58,711 nucleotides of DNA from Alphaproteobacteria bacterium (GTDB taxonomy: Archaea > Nanobdellota > Nanobdellia > Woesearchaeales > UBA9642), in the NCBI GenBank assembly GCA_035626895.1, contig DASPMU010000108.1, forward strand, positions 1 through 58,711. The letters run 5' to 3'. The stretch's first letter is position 1. Every line of letters starts with the position of its first letter. This document shows positions 45,584 to 55,119 of the stretch, piece after piece. Made by a program: the position numbers and the translations under genes. The notes below the pieces were generated by a model, which saw only the letters and a program-made list of their open reading frames with translations, was not told where the DNA came from and searched no databases.

Positions 45584-45611
45584 AGTAGAAAAATTAAATT
45601 TTATTTCTAAA

Positions 45612-46118
45612 CTATTTATTATTTTTCAAGAATTCTTTTCTGTGATAATAAGAATCTACAATCCATTTTCTTAGATATTTTTTGTTTTTCTTTATCATGT
45701 CTTCTGGCAAGAAATGTATTGAATAAATATTCTTTCTGCAATTTTTATTGCCGCATTTGCATCTGCACAATTCAATTTTTTCATGCTCGTTTTCTGTCAA
45801 AGAATAATCAATAGTGACTTCTTCGCCTTTTTTTATTTTCTTGAGGGCAATCACTCTCAAGCCTTCGCCGATTATAGCATTCGGATTGCAAGAATGATTA
45901 GTATATCTTAATGGATTGTAAGGATGAGGATTTATCCATTTATTTTGCGTGAAACTTACTGAATGAGGCAGGCTCCATTCATCATCTTCTGGGTCGAATT
46001 CGTGTGTAAATCCTTTGACAATGTAGATTATTTCATCTTTTTTTATATCCCTATTGGCATAAATTCCTTTACCACTTATTTTTGATTTTTTTACATCAAC
46101 TTTATCGTCATGGACCAA
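45612..46118 (-). CDS. SET-domain protein lysine methyltransferase
   Basis: GKGIYA, YTNHSCNPNA, EEVTIDYS, post-SET Cys cluster CRCKCGNKNC. Confidence 0.8.
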   Translation of the reverse strand: MVHDDKVDVKKSKISGKGIYANRDIKKDEIIYIVKGFTHEFDPEDDEWSLPHSVSFTQNKWINPHPYNPLRYTNHSCNPNAIIGEGLRVIALKKIKKGEEVTIDYSLTENEHEKIELCRCKCGNKNCRKNIYSIHFLPEDMIKKNKKYLRKWIVDSYYHRKEFLKNNK

Positions 46119-46151
46119 AATTTCACCATCATTTCAATTTATTCTAAATAT

Positions 46152-47045
46152 TTACATAGCCTCAAGTCTTCTAATTCTCTCCGCTAACGGTGGATGAGTG
46201 CTGAACATGTTGTTCCAAAATCCGCCCTTCAATGGATTTGAGAAATACAAATGAGCTGTAGCTTTTGTTGCCGTCTTTGATTCTAAATGCTCTTTGCCTA
46301 TTTTCTTTAATGCGTTTGCAAGTCCTTCAGGATGCCTGCTTAAGATTGCGCCTGTTGCGTCAGCCGCGTATTCTCTTTTTCTTGATATTGCAAGCTGTAT
46401 TAATTGAGCAATTATTGGAGCAAGAATTGCAAGGACTATTGCCAAGACTAAAAATACTGGATTTATTTCCCTGTCATTATCGCTTCCGCCGCCAAAGAGC
46501 ATGCTTCGGAAAAAGAAGTCACTTAGAAGAGCTATCAAGCCTACAAGAACGACTGTTATTGTCATAAGCCTCATATCATAGTTTTTGATGTGTCCCATCT
46601 CGTGAGCTATGACTCCTTCGAGTTCCACACGGTTTAATTTTTTCAATGCGCCCTCAGTCATTGCAATTGACGCGTGCTCTGGATCTCTTCCTGTTGCGAA
46701 TGCGTTGATCGATTGATCTGGAAGAACATATATTTTTGGAGTCGGGATCTGGGCAGCTATTGCAAGACCCTCAACTGAATTAATATAATGAGCATGATCT
46801 TTCCTGTTTGCAAGATAAGCTTTGCTTACACTGAGCGCAGCTTTATCTCCATTATAATAACTGTATAGAGCCATGCAGATAGATATGATGAAAGCAATCG
46901 TCATGAATGTTGTAATTATTGCAGGGCTTCCATCGCCATAAATGTATCCGAAAACATATCCTAGAGCTATGACTACAAGCGAGAAACAAAACATTAGCAA
47001 ATAGCTTTTGAATTTGTTTGCTGCAGTTTCATCAAATGCATTCAT
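46152..47045 (-). CDS. htpX: M48 family zinc metalloprotease HtpX
   Basis: HEMGHIKN (HExxH), four TM helices, EYAAD, STHPPLAERI. Confidence 0.85.
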   Translation of the reverse strand: MNAFDETAANKFKSYLLMFCFSLVVIALGYVFGYIYGDGSPAIITTFMTIAFIISICMALYSYYNGDKAALSVSKAYLANRKDHAHYINSVEGLAIAAQIPTPKIYVLPDQSINAFATGRDPEHASIAMTEGALKKLNRVELEGVIAHEMGHIKNYDMRLMTITVVLVGLIALLSDFFFRSMLFGGGSDNDREINPVFLVLAIVLAILAPIIAQLIQLAISRKREYAADATGAILSRHPEGLANALKKIGKEHLESKTATKATAHLYFSNPLKGGFWNNMFSTHPPLAERIRRLEAM

Positions 47046-47125
47046 AGTAACCCCCAGTTATATAAGATCAGTAATAATTAGTTAGTAAAATTAAATTAAA
47101 AAAAAAAAGAATCGAATGTTATCGT

Positions 47126-47683
47126 TTAATCAAATTTTACTTTCACGACTTCTTTCTCAGCTCCTTCAGCCTTGAAGAATTCTCTCTGAGTAAAATTGAA
47201 CATCGAGGCTATTATGCTCTTTGGAAACATTTGTATTCCGTTGTTATACATTAATACAGAATCATTGTATGCCTGCCTTGCATATGCAATCTTGCTTTCC
47301 GTTCCTGCAAGTTCTTCCTGGAGCATCATGAAATTCTGGTTTGCCTGAAGTTTTGGATAGTCTTCAGCTACAGCAAATAAGCTTTTTAGCGTGCTTGAGA
47401 GCATGTTGTCTGCCTTTGCCTTCTCTGGAAGAGTATGGGCATTTGACATTGCTGTCCTTGCAGCAGTGACTTCAGTGAAGACTTTCTTTTCATGCTTCGC
47501 GTAGCCCTTTACAGTCTCGATCAAATTTGGAATTAAGTCAAATCTTCTTTTTAGCTGGACATCTATCTGAGCCCAAGCATTGTCAATTCTATTTTTCAGT
47601 ACAACAAGCCTGTTATATGCTATTATTAAATATAATAATACAACACCTATTGCGACCAATATTCCTATAGTCAAAGAATTCAT
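47126..47683 (-). CDS. lemA: LemA family protein
   Basis: N-terminal TM plus [43 protein letters not shown]. Classic lemA-htpX pairing. Confidence 0.85.
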   Translation of the reverse strand: MNSLTIGILVAIGVVLLYLIIAYNRLVVLKNRIDNAWAQIDVQLKRRFDLIPNLIETVKGYAKHEKKVFTEVTAARTAMSNAHTLPEKAKADNMLSSTLKSLFAVAEDYPKLQANQNFMMLQEELAGTESKIAYARQAYNDSVLMYNNGIQMFPKSIIASMFNFTQREFFKAEGAEKEVVKVKFD

Positions 47684-47873
47684 ATCAATTACACCCCATT
47701 GTTTGAATATTTTATGAATATTATTGATTGTTAATCAATATAGCTAATAGTACACTTCATTGTTTATAAAATTTACTCAGAAGGAAACTTTTGTGCTTAT
47801 TTTGAGCTTGAACCAATAGGTTTATATTTGTCCAAAAATTCCATATATTAATTATATTAAGTGGTGTTGATAA

Positions 47874-48317
47874 ATGAGCAGATTTCCTCAGATAATCCTT
47901 CCTGGAAAATCGGAAGAATATAAGATTATGCAATTCTTAGTGGGCAATGAACCTTATTTAAGATTTGCGCCTGTAAATACAGATACAAAAGGTTTCTATC
48001 ATTATCATATATTAGACAGATTTGCTTTAGAGACAGATACAAAAACTAAGACTATAAAGATAAGGGATTTCGATGTATCTGCATTTGTTGATGAAAATTA
48101 TAAAATTTCTGGAGCAGGAGCATGCGACGTCTATCTTGAGGAAAAAATCGCAATTTTCGGATCGATAAGCGCAGGATATAATATAGGAGTTAATGTTAAC
48201 CATCTGAATGAAATGGCAAAACTGATGCCCGACTGGAAATTTCTGCATAATACGCTTTATAATCGTAGGGACAGGGATATATTCCCAGAATATAAAAAAT
48301 ATATATTAAAGCAGTAA
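47874..48317 (+). CDS. Hypothetical protein
   Basis: 147-aa ORF with a GGTG SD-like sequence before the ATG. No family recognised. Confidence 0.3.
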   Translation: MSRFPQIILPGKSEEYKIMQFLVGNEPYLRFAPVNTDTKGFYHYHILDRFALETDTKTKTIKIRDFDVSAFVDENYKISGAGACDVYLEEKIAIFGSISAGYNIGVNVNHLNEMAKLMPDWKFLHNTLYNRRDRDIFPEYKKYILKQ

Positions 48318-48422
48318 TTTCTCCTTCTATAAGAAAAACTTTATAAATATAATTTGCAGTAATATACTATTGTTTATCTAATTGATAAAATCTAAAGTAA
48401 AAACTTTTGAGGGTGATTAAAT

Positions 48423-48785
48423 ATGGCTAGTAAAGATACAGATTTGGTAGCAAAAGTAGGTAGCTGGGCATTCATATTCGGTGTCGCAGTAGCATTAATG
48501 ATAGGAATTTTCAGCAGTGTAGGAACACCAGTTGGAACTACAGTATTGATCGTTTTAGGATTAATCGTAGGACTTCTGAATGTAACTGGAAGAGAAACTA
48601 CTCCATTCTTACTTGCAGCAGTTTCCTTAGTGATAGTTTCAACAATGGGCGGACCAGTTTTATCTGGCGTTGCAAGCATCGGAACAACATTACAAAATGT
48701 CCTTGCTGCAATAACAACATTTGTTATCCCATCAACAATCATAGTCGCTTTAAAGGCAATCTATGCATTGGCACATGACGAGTAA
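48423..48785 (+). CDS. Small polytopic membrane protein
   Basis: Three or four Gly/Val/Ile-rich TM helices. GGGTGA SD 6 nt upstream. Confidence 0.4.
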   Translation: MASKDTDLVAKVGSWAFIFGVAVALMIGIFSSVGTPVGTTVLIVLGLIVGLLNVTGRETTPFLLAAVSLVIVSTMGGPVLSGVASIGTTLQNVLAAITTFVIPSTIIVALKAIYALAHDE

Positions 48786-48842
48786 AATCGTCTGATTTTA
48801 TTTTTTCTTTCTCTTTAATTTCTTCTAAGATCTTAATTATTT

Positions 48843-48953
48843 GCACATTGCCGACGCTCGCATAGTTTGTTTTATCGTTTCCCGCCTACGAGTCTAGACG
48901 CAATTGCATTATTAAAATCGAGGACTCGCCAGGCGGCAATGCTGCCAGAGATG
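48843..48953 (+). repeat. Hairpin-ended intergenic element, short copy
   Basis: GCACATTGCCGACGCTCGCATAG ... TTCCCGCCTACGAGTCTAGACG (48879-48900) ... TCGAGGACTCGCCAGGCGGCAATGCTGCCAGAGATG, 57 nt after the stop of 48423-48785. Confidence 0.85.
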
Positions 48954-48988
48954 CTGTTTCATCCATCACAAGACATTCCACAAAAACC

Positions 48989-48996
48989 TATATAAA
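48989..48996 (+). promoter_or_regulatory. TATA box of the primase gene (leaderless arrangement)
   Basis: TATATAAA ends 21 nt before the ATG at 49018. Confidence 0.5.
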
Positions 48997-49017
48997 CAGT
49001 CCTCGCACTCTAAAGTT

Positions 49018-50691
49018 ATGCTTACATTATCTCAAACTTTATCGTATTACAAGCGCCGGGATGTTCAGAAACTTATTCTTGAGCAGGCTGCAAATAAAGA
49101 GATAGGCGTAAGATTCGGAGACAGTTTCGGGAAAAGGCCGGATGTCTTATTCTATGAAAATGATATTTTCGAATCTGCAAAGAAAGGCTGCACAAGTTTT
49201 CATTGTTCTGAAGAGCTTTGGAGTAATCCATTAAGCCTTAATGCAAATCTTAGAAGAAACGAGCTCGATAATCTGAGATCTGGGTGGGATTTGATTTTAG
49301 ATATTGATTGCCCATATTGGAATTTCAGCAAGTTAACGACTTATATTTTCATCAAGGCATTGAAAGATCATGGAATTGATTCTGTTACAGTAAAGTTTTC
49401 TGGCGGAAAAGGTTTTCACATAGGAGTTCCTTTCGAAGCATTCCCCGAGAAAGTTCTTGGGAAGGATACTAAAGATATTTTCCCTGAAGGACCAAGAAAA
49501 ATAACTGAATATCTTCTTCATTATATTACTGAAAATCTTATAGCTGTCGACAAGATGAATAACAGCGTCAGATTTGGGAAGATAAATGTTTCCTGGGACA
49601 AGCTACTCAAGGATATTGAAAAAAGCGAGAAGGATCTGACTATTACAAAATGCGAGAAATGCCACCGCAAGCAACAAGTCGAAAAAGCGCAGGATAGTTT
49701 AATAGAATATGTCTGTCCGAATTGCGAGAATCATATCAAGGATGTTGATAAGAGATTCATGGCTTGCCCTAAATGCAACAGGCTCATGGAAAAACAACAG
49801 GCAAGAAAAATATTATGCGAGTGTGGATCTGATAAATTCAAGCAAGAGCTTGATTTGAAATCAATATTGAATGTTGATACAGTCCTTATAAGCAGCAGAC
49901 ATATGTATAGGATGCCTTATTCTCTCCATGAGAAAACCGGCCTTGTTTCTGTTCCATTTGATATAAAACACATACTAAAATTCGATAAATCAGAAGGAGA
50001 CGTTCGGACATTCAAGCCTTACAAATTCCTCGATAGAGAAAATGCAAAACGTGGCGAGGCTGAAGGTCTTTTTAGAAAAGCATTCGATTACATTCCAGAG
50101 AAAATAAGCAAGAGAAACGACGACATAAGAAAAGCGTTCATAAAGGAAAAAAACATGAGCTCATCTGGAGGAATGCCTGAGGATACAACAGCAATCCCTG
50201 AAGAGTATTTCCCGCCATGCATCAAGAAAATAAATGCAGGCCTGGAAGATTGCAAGAAGCGTGGATTATTAGTCATGATAAATTTCTTATCAAGCTGCCA
50301 TTGGGAATATGAAAAAATCGAAGAGTACGTCATGAAGTGGAACGAAAGAAATAAACCTGACCAGCTTCGTGAAACATATGTAAGAGGACAACTTAGATAC
50401 TACAAACAGCAGGCTGCGCAAAATAAAGAGAAAATGATCGCCCCTAACTGCGATAATAAAGGCTACATGATCGATACTCAATTCTGCAACCCTGATGGTT
50501 TGTGCAGAAATATAAAAAATCCAGTACAATATGCAAAGAAAAAACTTTGGCTAAAGACTCAAGAGCAGCAGAATATAAAACCAAAGAGGCAATCAAAGAA
50601 AGAAGATAAATCTAATCCTGAGAAAGAAAATAAAGACAAGATAAAACCTGTTCCTACAAATACAATAACAAAATCTACAGATTTATTTTAA
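49018..50691 (+). CDS. priS: Fused archaeal primase (PriS catalytic domain + PriL-CTD-like Fe-S module)
   Basis: DLILDIDCP, VKFSGGKGFHIGVP, SRHMYRMPYSLHEKTG. Inserted CxxC pairs (CEKCHRK..CPNCENH; CPKCNR..CECGS). C-terminal PPCIKKI ... APNCDN ... FCNPDGLCRNIKNPVQY. Confidence 0.8.
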   Translation: MLTLSQTLSYYKRRDVQKLILEQAANKEIGVRFGDSFGKRPDVLFYENDIFESAKKGCTSFHCSEELWSNPLSLNANLRRNELDNLRSGWDLILDIDCPYWNFSKLTTYIFIKALKDHGIDSVTVKFSGGKGFHIGVPFEAFPEKVLGKDTKDIFPEGPRKITEYLLHYITENLIAVDKMNNSVRFGKINVSWDKLLKDIEKSEKDLTITKCEKCHRKQQVEKAQDSLIEYVCPNCENHIKDVDKRFMACPKCNRLMEKQQARKILCECGSDKFKQELDLKSILNVDTVLISSRHMYRMPYSLHEKTGLVSVPFDIKHILKFDKSEGDVRTFKPYKFLDRENAKRGEAEGLFRKAFDYIPEKISKRNDDIRKAFIKEKNMSSSGGMPEDTTAIPEEYFPPCIKKINAGLEDCKKRGLLVMINFLSSCHWEYEKIEEYVMKWNERNKPDQLRETYVRGQLRYYKQQAAQNKEKMIAPNCDNKGYMIDTQFCNPDGLCRNIKNPVQYAKKKLWLKTQEQQNIKPKRQSKKEDKSNPEKENKDKIKPVPTNTITKSTDLF

Positions 50692-50726
50692 TTAGAAATT
50701 TTAATTTTATATAAATATAAGATATT

Positions 50727-51242
50727 TTATGCGTAAGCAGTATTGTCGAATTCTTTTATTATATCCATCCTTTTTTCAACTACATCAACGTCTTTGTTGA
50801 ACACAAATTCTGCCTTTAATTTTTTGCCTTTCAGAACCTGAGGGAGCCATTCTTTATCTACAGAAACAGCCATGTAATCATAAGGTATATCATTGAAATC
50901 AAATTCTTCAGGCTCTGTTCTTGCATCAGTTTCTTTAGGATCTCCCATCCATTCCTTTACAAAGAACACGAATACACGCCTATTGTCATGACCTGCATGA
51001 GGATAATAAAAGTCGACTATCGCCCTTTTATCAAGATCAGACTCTCTTGCGTGCACTCCTCCCTGTTCTTTTATTTTTCTAACGGCTGCGCTTCTTGGAG
51101 TTTCTCCAGAAAGAACCGATCCGCTGTAGCCATTATATCTATTCTCAATCATTCCGCCAGTAATTTTTTTCGATAGAAGTATCTTATTGTCTTTGACTAG
51201 AAAACACAACACTTTCTCTGTGACTATGTGGCAGTTTTCCAT
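50727..51242 (-). CDS. MTH1/MutT-like Nudix protein with degenerate Nudix box
   Basis: RYNGYSGSVLSGETPRSAAVRKIKEQGGV resembles RWNGFGGKVQEGET....RREL.EE.GL of the MTH1 type. Confidence 0.5.
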   Translation of the reverse strand: MENCHIVTEKVLCFLVKDNKILLSKKITGGMIENRYNGYSGSVLSGETPRSAAVRKIKEQGGVHARESDLDKRAIVDFYYPHAGHDNRRVFVFFVKEWMGDPKETDARTEPEEFDFNDIPYDYMAVSVDKEWLPQVLKGKKLKAEFVFNKDVDVVEKRMDIIKEFDNTAYA

Positions 51243-51445
51243 AAATTAAGGGAAGATTAATCTATTTTAAAGCTTTGCGGAGCAGAAATTCCAATCCTAG
51301 ATAAATCCTCGTCGTGAAATTGTATGAGAAGAGTAGTGAAAGAATATAAGATATTGTAATAATCCAGAAATGAATGTATATTTTTAGAATTAAATAAGAA
51401 TTTAGGCCTTTTCAGGCCTTGAATCTTAAAATAAAATGAAGAAGC

Positions 51446-51694
51446 TTACTTCTTCTTCTTTCTGCCGCCTCTTGCCATTTTTGCTCTTGCGACGTTACCC
51501 TTCTTATCTACGAAGTATAAGTAACCAGATTGCTTCTTAACGCCAACCTTTGCAACTTTCTTTGCGCCCTTCTTAGCCTTTCCGCCTCGAGCCATTGTTG
51601 CTGCAGAAACATCTCCCTGCTTATCAACAAAATACAAATATCCTTTTTCTTTCTTTACTCCTACTTTTGCTACAACTTCAGCCATTTTATTCAC
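51446..51694 (-). CDS. Small Lys/Arg-rich protein made of two tandem ~36-aa repeats
   Basis: VAKVGVKKEKGYLYFVDKQGDVSAATMARGGKAKKG and VAKVGVKKQSGYLYFVDKKGNVARAKMARGGRKKKK. GGGGTGA SD 5 nt upstream. Oligo-T and an AGGCCT-TTTC-AGGCCT hairpin (51404-51419) downstream. Confidence 0.5.
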   Translation of the reverse strand: MNKMAEVVAKVGVKKEKGYLYFVDKQGDVSAATMARGGKAKKGAKKVAKVGVKKQSGYLYFVDKKGNVARAKMARGGRKKKK

Positions 51695-51889
51695 CCCAAC
51701 CCACTAATTCTTTCTTAACTAAGTGAGTTTGATAGTATAATCCTGCACGAGCTTGTTTATAAAGTTTATTATTTAAGCACGATTTTGGCGTCGGAGAAAA
51801 TCAAATTAATAGTCGAGTAGTCGATTAAGCATGAAACGAGCACAGCCATTATACTAATATGTGTATAATGCCGTCGAAAAAACATTAAA

Positions 51890-52696
51890 TCAGGATGCCT
51901 GCTTTAAAGTTATAGAATATATTACTACAGTAAGCAGCGCCAGTATGAAAGCTCCAATAAATGAAAATACGCTCGAGACCCATACAAGTATTCCATAGAA
52001 CAAGAAAGTCAGAAGGCATAATACATAAACCCATCTTGAATAGAAAAATATTCCCAGGCCATCAGTTGCTCCATCCATTCTTATAGGAGAGTCAATTCTT
52101 GGCACCGGAAGCATCGAATACATCATGAGCAATATATTTGCAATTATTAGTCTCGAGATTATTGGATTTTTTCCTGTTGCGAAATAGATAAAGCCTAAAA
52201 ATGTAATTATGAATACATGAGATAGAGGTCCCATCAGGGCAACTCTTGCTATATCTTTGGCATTTATTCCGTACCGGAACTTTCCAAGCCTTAATTTCGG
52301 TATATGCTCAAGAACAATTGAACCTGGAAGAATAAACGCTGAAAGAGGAATTATCAGAGGTATTCTTCCAAAAGTTATTATCGATAAAAATAATCCTAAA
52401 AGTATCCCATTTGCCCAGTAATTATATTTAACAAAATATCCAAGTCTTATACCGACGAGTTTCTGCAATGCTACGTGGATATACAAAGATAAAAATACTA
52501 TTATTGTTGAGAATATTAAAAATCCTACAAACGATCCTGAAATAACAAGCCTAAGATCGCTATCCACGAATTGGAATAAGCCTTCATAATGAGAAGATAT
52601 CATGAATGCGAAAGCTAGGGCAGTCAAGAATAATTCTTTCAATTCCTGGGAGGTGAAAGAATAATGTTGCCTAACAGAATACCAATATCCGTACAT
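51890..52696 (-). CDS. Polytopic membrane protein, M50/S2P-like with degenerate active site
   Basis: FLSLYIHVALQKLVGIRLGY lines up with the ..HExxH....G. block of M50 peptidases, with E->V and H->Q. MLPVPRIDSPIRMDG resembles the NxxPxxxLDG block. Confidence 0.4.
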   Translation of the reverse strand: MYGYWYSVRQHYSFTSQELKELFLTALAFAFMISSHYEGLFQFVDSDLRLVISGSFVGFLIFSTIIVFLSLYIHVALQKLVGIRLGYFVKYNYWANGILLGLFLSIITFGRIPLIIPLSAFILPGSIVLEHIPKLRLGKFRYGINAKDIARVALMGPLSHVFIITFLGFIYFATGKNPIISRLIIANILLMMYSMLPVPRIDSPIRMDGATDGLGIFFYSRWVYVLCLLTFLFYGILVWVSSVFSFIGAFILALLTVVIYSITLKQAS

Positions 52697-52746
52697 AACA
52701 TTATTTTGATATTATTGATTAATAAATGTTTGTATAAACAATGGCA

Positions 52747-53343
52747 TCAATCCATAACTTTATGCAGCGCGTCAAGAATAGTCCTTGATCTAAGTTTAGA
52801 TGGATGATCAGCCATGCTAAATACTGCGCTTGAAAGAGAGTATTTTTTCACAAGAACGGCATTCTGGCACATTCTGCCAAAAACTTCGGAAACACTCTTT
52901 GCATCAAGCAGATTGCTAAAGCCGAATATTATTGTCTGATTATTCTTTTTTGCAAGATCTGCATGGACTTGGTTTAGCCTTGTACTTTTGTAATGGAAGG
53001 AATCTTTCCTGTCGGATAATTCTGAGTCTATTATATAGTGTATCTTTGATTCAAAGAATTTTCTTTCGGCATCAGCAAACAAATAATCAAATCCTTTTGA
53101 TCTGTTTATGTCATTGACATTTCTTATGTAAAGCCCAAGCTTTATTGTCAAATTGCCGCAATTAAGATTTTTCTTGATAACTGGGAATTTCTTTAGATAA
53201 TTCAAATCATCAGTTAGAAACACTAGTCCTTTATGACCAAGAGATATAGCTGCATCTACGAATTGTTGTTCGTTATTTGCAGGTATGACTACATCGAAAT
53301 CATTCTTCCCTGCATTGCCCGAAATATTGTCTTCATCAGTCAT
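52747..53343 (-). CDS. rnp3: RNase P protein component 3 (Rpp30-like)
   Basis: Size and colinear similarity to archaeal Rpp30: FDVVIP..., NQVHADLAKKNNQTIIFGFSNLL, ...LVKKYSLSSAVFSMADHPSKLRS. Confidence 0.55.
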   Translation of the reverse strand: MTDEDNISGNAGKNDFDVVIPANNEQQFVDAAISLGHKGLVFLTDDLNYLKKFPVIKKNLNCGNLTIKLGLYIRNVNDINRSKGFDYLFADAERKFFESKIHYIIDSELSDRKDSFHYKSTRLNQVHADLAKKNNQTIIFGFSNLLDAKSVSEVFGRMCQNAVLVKKYSLSSAVFSMADHPSKLRSRTILDALHKVMD

Positions 53344-53437
53344 CTTATTCTATAGATATCCCTGTATATTTTAAAAACTTTGTCGCTACGAATTTAAAAG
53401 ACAAACTTTTATAAAAAACCGAGTATTATGCTCGAAT

Positions 53438-54118
53438 ATGGAAGAAAGAGTACAGAAAATAATCGCAAACAGCGGATATGTCAGCAGGAGAAAGGCTGAA
53501 GAACTAATAGAAAAAGGAAAAGTCAGGGTAAATGGCAGGATTGTCAAATTAGGAGATAAAGCAGACCTGGACAAAGACGAGATATATCTCGGTGAGACTC
53601 TTATCGAGAAATCAAAGCCAATCTACATCATGCTAAACAAGCCAAAACATTATGAAGTCACAATGAGCCCGAATGTCGAAAAAAATGTCCTGAAGCTGAT
53701 TCCTACAAACGAGAGGATATTTCCTGTAGGAAGGCTTGACAAGAATACAACAGGCCTTCTATTGCTAACTAATGATGGAGATTTTGCAAATAAGATAACG
53801 CATCCAAGATATGAGAAAGAGAAAACATATTTTGTGAAGCTTGACAAGAAGATAACTGACAAAGATATTGAAGAGCTAGAGAAAGGAGTTTATTTGCAAG
53901 ACGGCAAAGTAAAGGTCAAGATCAAGATGTATCATAGAGATCAACTTGAAGTCACAATCCATGAAGGAAGAAAGTGGATACTTAAGAGATTATTTTTCAA
54001 ATTAGGATATTACATCAATGAACTTTCTAGGACTAGAATAGGAAAATTGAAGCTTGACGTAAAGCTTGGCAAGTGGAGATTTTTGACTAAAAAAGAAGTC
54101 GATGAACTAATGAGATAA
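53438..54118 (+). CDS. RsuA/RluB-family pseudouridine synthase with S4 domain
   Basis: RVQKIIANSGYVSRRKAEELIEKGKVRVNG (S4) and catalytic VGRLDKNTTGLLLLTNDG. Confidence 0.85.
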   Translation: MEERVQKIIANSGYVSRRKAEELIEKGKVRVNGRIVKLGDKADLDKDEIYLGETLIEKSKPIYIMLNKPKHYEVTMSPNVEKNVLKLIPTNERIFPVGRLDKNTTGLLLLTNDGDFANKITHPRYEKEKTYFVKLDKKITDKDIEELEKGVYLQDGKVKVKIKMYHRDQLEVTIHEGRKWILKRLFFKLGYYINELSRTRIGKLKLDVKLGKWRFLTKKEVDELMR

Positions 54119-54132
54119 TTTGTGAGGTAAAA

Positions 54133-54594
54133 ATGAGTGAGGCAAATCTTAATACTATTAATAAAATAATCAGGAAAAGTTTTGGCTATGGCTTTAAAGG
54201 AAATTATGATATCAAAGATAAAGAATTCATAGATGGCAGATTGAAACTTGATACAGTAGATAGCCTTCTTATGATAGGAAAAAAGAATATTTTTGGATTC
54301 TCAATAACATATGTCGGCCAGCTTGGCTATAAGAAAAGAGATCTAATACTTGGAAGAACTTCCAAGGAAATGTATGAGAAATTTACGTTCTACGATCACG
54401 ACGGAACGCGCATTGCAGTTCTGCCAGAGTATGAGTTTCAGGCAAAGAAGTATGCAGAATTGTTCCAGAAAAAATTTGATCAGGAAGTTAAAGTGTTTGT
54501 TACAAGAGATATTGGACCGTTCAAAAGAGAATCCTTAGAAGAAAAGGTAGGCGAAAATCCTTTTGATCACAGCTTCCAGCAATTCTACAAATAA
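54133..54594 (+). CDS. Unassigned-domain family protein (1 domain)
   Basis: INKIIRKSFGYGFKGNY ... DGTRIAVLPEYEFQAKKYAELFQKKFDQEVKVFV. First of four tandem paralogs. Confidence 0.5.
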   Translation: MSEANLNTINKIIRKSFGYGFKGNYDIKDKEFIDGRLKLDTVDSLLMIGKKNIFGFSITYVGQLGYKKRDLILGRTSKEMYEKFTFYDHDGTRIAVLPEYEFQAKKYAELFQKKFDQEVKVFVTRDIGPFKRESLEEKVGENPFDHSFQQFYK

Positions 54595-54695
54595 AATTTA
54601 GTTAATCAAATAGTACTTCTAGATAGTGGTTAAAATAAGTTAAATTTTTAAAGATTAGTTCTATTCTAAATTAAGCACGATTTTAGGAAGATAAT

Positions 54696-55088
54696 ATGGA
54701 AACATTAGAAAATAAAATAGACGCTGTTGAAATAAACAAATTTATTAGAAAAAGTTTTGGAAGACGCGTAAAAGGAAATTATAGCGTAACTCCTACTCAA
54801 ATAGATGATATTGTTATCGAAAAATCATATTTACGAAATATCTTGAAGAAAAAATGGTTTGGAACAGAATACTTATTGATCGGAAAATTTACAGAAGAAG
54901 ACGGCTCAGAATTATCAGTATTCCCTAAGTATAAAAAAGAAGCAGAAAAATATTCCAGATTATTCCAAGAAAAAACAGGCAAGAAAGCAATTGTAAATAT
55001 AGAAGAAAACCTACAGGCAATTTATTATTCGAAGGGAACAGAAGAAGATATTCCTAGCAATTATATGGAAGGTTTTCCGTCAGGATAA
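54696..55088 (+). CDS. Unassigned-domain family protein (1 domain)
   Basis: METLENK..INKFIRKSFGRRVKGNY ... EEDGSELSVFPKYKKEAEKYSRLFQEKTGKKAIVNI. Confidence 0.5.
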   Translation: METLENKIDAVEINKFIRKSFGRRVKGNYSVTPTQIDDIVIEKSYLRNILKKKWFGTEYLLIGKFTEEDGSELSVFPKYKKEAEKYSRLFQEKTGKKAIVNIEENLQAIYYSKGTEEDIPSNYMEGFPSG

Positions 55089-55119
55089 ATATGAAAAAAA
55101 CTAGTTGGAGATTTTTAAT

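Noticed and set aside
29611-48953. Repeat elements as integron attC sites / gene cassettes
   Set aside because: There is no integrase gene and no R-box-like GTTRRRY/RYYYAAC ends. The copies are 6-13 kb apart and separated by multi-gene blocks with their own promoters and mixed orientation.
51756-51786. Orphan plus-strand promoter: TTTATAAA plus the 14-mer TTAAGCACGATTTT, identical to the one before gene 54696 (54671-54684)
   Set aside because: The TATA is palindromic and is well placed for the minus-strand gene 51446-51694 (leader with a GGGGTGA SD). No plus-strand ORF or stable hairpin follows. The 14-mer identity may reflect promoter/initiator similarity or chance.
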